A DNA stretch of 64,000 bases from an uncultured Rothia sp. (GTDB taxonomy: Bacteria > Actinomycetota > Actinomycetes > Actinomycetales > Micrococcaceae). Every line of letters starts with the position of its first letter. Positions within the stretch are counted from its first letter, which is position 1. Location of the stretch: the NCBI RefSeq assembly GCF_916715725.1, contig NZ_CAKAPD010000001.1:175835-239834 (forward strand). Direction: 5' to 3'. Under the pieces are notes generated by a model that searched no databases, had not been told where the DNA came from, and was given only the letters and a program-made list of their open reading frames with translations. The position numbers and the translations under genes are program-made. Below are positions 58,996-64,000 of the stretch, one piece after another.

Positions 58996-60477
58996 ATGAC
59001 ACAGTCCACCAACACAGCAGCAGCCGCTGCCCCCAGCCAGGAGGTGAGCGCAGCCCGCAAACAGCGAAACAAGCTGATCCTGCACGTTGCCATCATCCTC
59101 GTAGCGACCCTCGCCATCTGGTTCGTTCCCGCCCCCGAAGGCGTCGACCCGCGCGGCATGCACATGCTCGCCATCTTCGTCGGCACCGTCCTCGGCCTGA
59201 TCCTGCAGCCGCTGCCGACCCCGTCCGTAGCGCTCGTCGGCCTGGGCGCCGCAATGATTACCGGCACCATGGCGGCAAAGAACGAGGCACTGACCGGCTT
59301 CGGTAACTCCTCCATCTGGATTATTGTTGCCGCGTTCTTCATCGCCGACGGCTTCCTCATCACCGGCCTGGGCAAGCGCATCGCACTGCTGTTCGTGCGT
59401 GCGCTCGGCAAGTCCTCCCTGGGCCTGTCCTACGGTATGGCAATCACCGACCTGGTTCTCGCCCCCGCCACCCCCTCCAACACTGCGCGTGCCGGTGGCG
59501 TGATTTACCCGATTATCCGTTCCCTCTCCGAGGTCAACGGCTCCACCAACGAAACCCCCGAATCGCGCCGTAAGCTCGGCTCCTACCTGCTCATGACCGA
59601 GGCGCAGGTCAACACCATCACCTCCGCCATGTTCCTGACCGCAATGGCGGGTAACCCGCTGGCGCAGAAGTTCGCGCACGACCGCGGCATCAACCTCGAC
59701 TGGGGCACGTGGGCGCTCGCCGCTATCGTTCCCGGTCTTGCCGCGCTGATTGTGATGCCGTGGATCATGTCAAAGATTTACCCGCCGACCATCAAGAAGA
59801 CCCCGGACGCACCCGAGCACGCCCGCCAGGAACTGCACGAAATGGGCCCCATGAGCTCCAAGGAATGGATTATGCTCGGCACTTTCGTGCTGCTGCTGGT
59901 CCTGTGGATTACCGGCACCGCCCTGGGTATTGACGCCACCAGCGCCGCATTCTTCGGCATCGCAATTCTGCTGGTGACTAAGGTCCTGACCTGGAAGGAC
60001 ATGGCGAAGAACTCCAGCGCATGGTCCACCCTCATCTTCTTCGCCGTGCTCGTCGGCATGGCAGACCACCTGAAGAAGCTCAAGGTCGTCGACTGGATCG
60101 GTCAGCAGGCGGCGCACAGCATCAGCGGCATGGCCTGGCCCATGGCGTTCGCGATCCTGATTCTGGCGTACTTCTTCATCCACTACATGTTCGCTTCGAA
60201 CACCGCGCAGGTTGTGGCACTGTACGCCGTGTTCCTCGGTGCGGCGGTAGCTGCCGGTGTTCCGCCGATGTTCGCAGCGCTGTTCCTCGGCTTCATGGGC
60301 AACCTGATTGGCGGCATCACCCACTACGCCTCCGGCCCGGCGGGCGTGTACTACGGTTCCGGCTACTTCAGCGTGGGCGAATGGTTCAAGATCGGCTTCA
60401 TGGCGGCTATCGTGAACCTCGTCGTCTGGGGCGTAGTCGGTACCGCGTGGCTGTTCGCGCTCGGCTTCGCCAACTAG
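58996..60477 (+). CDS. DASS-family (SLC13-like) anion:sodium symporter
   Basis: Duplicated SNTARAGG-type motifs across multiple TM segments. The ATG at 58996 is preceded by AAGGAG. Confidence 0.85.
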   Translation: MTQSTNTAAAAAPSQEVSAARKQRNKLILHVAIILVATLAIWFVPAPEGVDPRGMHMLAIFVGTVLGLILQPLPTPSVALVGLGAAMITGTMAAKNEALTGFGNSSIWIIVAAFFIADGFLITGLGKRIALLFVRALGKSSLGLSYGMAITDLVLAPATPSNTARAGGVIYPIIRSLSEVNGSTNETPESRRKLGSYLLMTEAQVNTITSAMFLTAMAGNPLAQKFAHDRGINLDWGTWALAAIVPGLAALIVMPWIMSKIYPPTIKKTPDAPEHARQELHEMGPMSSKEWIMLGTFVLLLVLWITGTALGIDATSAAFFGIAILLVTKVLTWKDMAKNSSAWSTLIFFAVLVGMADHLKKLKVVDWIGQQAAHSISGMAWPMAFAILILAYFFIHYMFASNTAQVVALYAVFLGAAVAAGVPPMFAALFLGFMGNLIGGITHYASGPAGVYYGSGYFSVGEWFKIGFMAAIVNLVVWGVVGTAWLFALGFAN

Positions 60478-60651
60478 TAGCGCAGGCCCCGCGGCGGCCT
60501 AGCTCAGCGTAAAAGCGCTGTATAAAAGCCCGGTGTTCTCACGTGAATTTTCGTGTGAGGATGCCGGGCTTTCGCATGCCCGATAGCGTCCCAAACAGCG
60601 CAAAACCTAGTAATCCCCCACCCCCTCCGCTAGGGTAGAAGAAAGACCTAA

Positions 60652-62151
<1,500 letters not shown>

Positions 62152-62194
62152 CCGGTCAGGTTCTACCTCCCCCTGAAACTAGCACGCGAATCTC

Positions 62195-62240
62195 AGTACA
62201 TAAAAGGCCCCCGAGATGCAGAATCTCGGGGGCCTTGCGC
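62195..62240 (-). terminator. terminator hairpin between convergent genes (aaggcccccgagat-gcaga-atctcgggggcctt plus TTTTATGTACT on the minus strand)
   Basis: 14-bp perfect stem. The U-tract is on the minus strand, so it serves the GNAT gene and possibly both directions. Confidence 0.65.
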
Positions 62241-62284
62241 ACATGCTGCGTACCTATTGTCCGTTATGCCCAGCGCGGGCAATT

Positions 62285-63454
62285 CTAGTCCATGGGCAGG
62301 TCGTTCAGGCTGGTGGAAACGTACTCCCACCAGGTCGGCACCAGCCCGGCGTTCATCGCCACCCTCTGCGACAGCATATGCGACGGGCTCGTACCGTAGA
62401 ACGGCAGGTACCCCTCCGCCAGAGTCAGGCGGGCGGCATCGCGCACCAGAGCGCTCGCAATGCCGGCACCGCGCCAGGCGGGCAGCACATCGATACCGAT
62501 CTGACGCATAATCGGCGAATCATCGCTCAGACCAACCATAGCGATAGGGTCTGCGAGCGCGGGGCTCTCCCCCGCTGCGGGTGCGCCAGGCGCATCCTCG
62601 TCCACCGGGTATGCGGCAAGCACCAGCACATCCGGGCGGCGTTCGCTAAAGCCCAGCGCGTTTGAGTAACGCTTATCCCCGCGGAAGCGCTCAAACTGTT
62701 CAGCGTCCAGCAGCTCCACACGCAGGCGGGTTACGCGCGCCTCCGTGTCTTCCGGGTCAACCTCAAGCGCACCGGCGGAGGCGTTCGCCTCCTTACGAAT
62801 GGTGCGCTCGCCTGTGATTTCGGCGAGCAACGCCGCCTTCAGCTCTGCGGGGTCAACGCGACGCATCATACCCACACCGGGCACGGCACACTTCACTTCC
62901 TGCGCCTGCACGCCCTCGGGTACGACCGAGTTCAGCAGGGCGCGGCCGGGCGTGTAGTAGATGCTCGTGCCGCTGACCTGCTGGGTGTAGGGGGTGAGCA
63001 GTTCGTTGAGCTGGCGCAGCTGCGCGTAATCACCCAGCCAGTTCGACTGGTCACCGAGCATGTAGTCAATCGCCTTCTCCAGCACGCGCGGATGCTTAGC
63101 GCAGAGAATGCCGACGCTCGCGTAGTTGGCGACGCGCAACTCCCAGATGTCGTCGTTGCGGCGGCGTGCGGCACCCATCTTCTCGGAGGGAGGCTGCACG
63201 GTGGCGAGCAACGGCAGGCTTTCGGCTTCCGGGTATTCGCGTAGCTCTTGAAGGGCGCGGCTAATCGAGCCGGGCGCCTGGCAGAAGTCCGCCTCCAGCT
63301 GGGTGTGCAGGATGTGCCGCGCCCGGTCCACGGTGGTCACGGCGCCGCGAATCGCAGTGCCGCGGTTCACAGTGTCTCGGCGCGCGCCGAAGCCCGCAGC
63401 ACCCGCAGAGCGCTCGGCTCCCTGGGCAGGTTCGGTTCCTTGAGTATCAGTCAC
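62285..63454 (-). CDS. GNAT family N-acetyltransferase with an N-terminal uncharacterised domain
   Basis: The C-terminal …MRQIGIDVLPAWRGAGIASALV… is the GNAT acetyl-CoA-binding motif. Confidence 0.6.
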   Translation of the reverse strand: MTDTQGTEPAQGAERSAGAAGFGARRDTVNRGTAIRGAVTTVDRARHILHTQLEADFCQAPGSISRALQELREYPEAESLPLLATVQPPSEKMGAARRRNDDIWELRVANYASVGILCAKHPRVLEKAIDYMLGDQSNWLGDYAQLRQLNELLTPYTQQVSGTSIYYTPGRALLNSVVPEGVQAQEVKCAVPGVGMMRRVDPAELKAALLAEITGERTIRKEANASAGALEVDPEDTEARVTRLRVELLDAEQFERFRGDKRYSNALGFSERRPDVLVLAAYPVDEDAPGAPAAGESPALADPIAMVGLSDDSPIMRQIGIDVLPAWRGAGIASALVRDAARLTLAEGYLPFYGTSPSHMLSQRVAMNAGLVPTWWEYVSTSLNDLPMD

Positions 63455-63498
63455 GTAGGTTTCCTCTAGTTCAAGTCTCGGCTAGTTCAGGATCTCGA

Positions 63499-64000
63499 CT
63501 AGCTCAGAATCTCAGCAAGGAACGCGCCGGTGTGCGAGCCCTTTACCTGAGCCACCTGCTCCGGGGTGCCCTCGGCAATTACGGTGCCGCCGCCGCTACC
63601 GCCTTCGGGGCCCATGTCAATAATCCAGTCGGCGCACTTGACCACATCCAGGTTGTGCTCGATGGTGATGACGCTATTGCCCTTGTCGACCAGCGACTGC
63701 AGCACGGCGAGCAGCTTGCGGATGTCCTCAAAGTGCAGGCCGGTGGTCGGCTCGTCCAGCACGTAGATGGAGCGGCCGTTGGAGCGCTTCTGCAGTTCGG
63801 TTGCGAGCTTCACGCGCTGCGCCTCACCGCCGGAGAGGGTGGTCGCGGGCTGACCCAGACGAATGTAGCCCAAGCCCACGTCCACGAGGGTGTTCAGGTG
63901 GCGCGCAATCGGGGTGAACGCGGCGAAGAACTCGGCGGCCTCCTCCACGGGCATTTCGAGCACGTCGGCAATGGTCTTGCCCTTGTAGTGCACCTCGAGG
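63499..64000 (-). CDS. uvrA: excinuclease ABC subunit UvrA, C-terminal end (gene continues beyond the window)
   Basis: ABC signature [12 protein letters not shown] plus a Walker B motif. The 164-aa tail matches the UvrA C-terminus. The frame is open to the window edge. Confidence 0.9.
   Translation of the reverse strand, partial: LEVHYKGKTIADVLEMPVEEAAEFFAAFTPIARHLNTLVDVGLGYIRLGQPATTLSGGEAQRVKLATELQKRSNGRSIYVLDEPTTGLHFEDIRKLLAVLQSLVDKGNSVITIEHNLDVVKCADWIIDMGPEGGSGGGTVIAEGTPEQVAQVKGSHTGAFLAEILS

Overview
This is a high-GC (about 60-65%) actinobacterial chromosomal segment with a conserved Micrococcales-type core. I infer a Rothia-like organism from gene order and composition; this is not verified.

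Most core genes are on the minus strand. In coordinate order they are efp-nusB, the shikimate pathway genes aroB-aroK-aroC-aroE, mltG, ruvX, alaS, a DUF948 pair, rpsD, rarA, dtd, a P-loop NTPase, aspS, hisS, DUF349, rel/relA, secF-secD-yajC, ruvB-ruvA-ruvC, yebC, gatD-murT (lipid II amidation), DUF2797, a HIT protein, lipoproteins, a TVGYGD potassium channel, a YdiJ-like FAD/Fe-S oxidoreductase, thrS, an ArsR regulator, a large secreted protein, a fumarylacetoacetate hydrolase (FAH) family protein, an LplA-like protein, a divalent anion:Na+ symporter (DASS) family permease, a glycoside hydrolase family 1 (GH1) beta-glucosidase, a GCN5-related N-acetyltransferase (GNAT) and the 3' end of uvrA. 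No rRNA, tRNA or CRISPR array is detectable by eye.

Three accessory features interrupt this core:
- A roughly 3.2-kb low-GC island lies between a hypothetical gene and the thrS terminator. It carries two paralogous small hydrophobic peptides plus a DJ-1/PfpI-DUF1697-HD gene set with Firmicutes-like composition. Short direct repeats and a poly-C tract sit at its junctions.
- A roughly 1.4-kb low-GC single-gene island encodes an orphan membrane protein with a TTG start. It is bracketed by inverted copies of a 65-bp perfect-stem palindrome.
- A family of about 80-bp REP/MITE-like palindromic elements (core cgataggttagtgtcttcgcc ... ggcgaagacactaacctatcg) is present in four full copies and one partial copy. 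Two direct copies flank a DUF559/AbiEi-like gene.

Several proteins (AroK, the K+ channel, RarA) carry long Ala/Pro-rich N-terminal extensions. Coordinates of non-coding features are read by eye and may be off by 1-2 nt.
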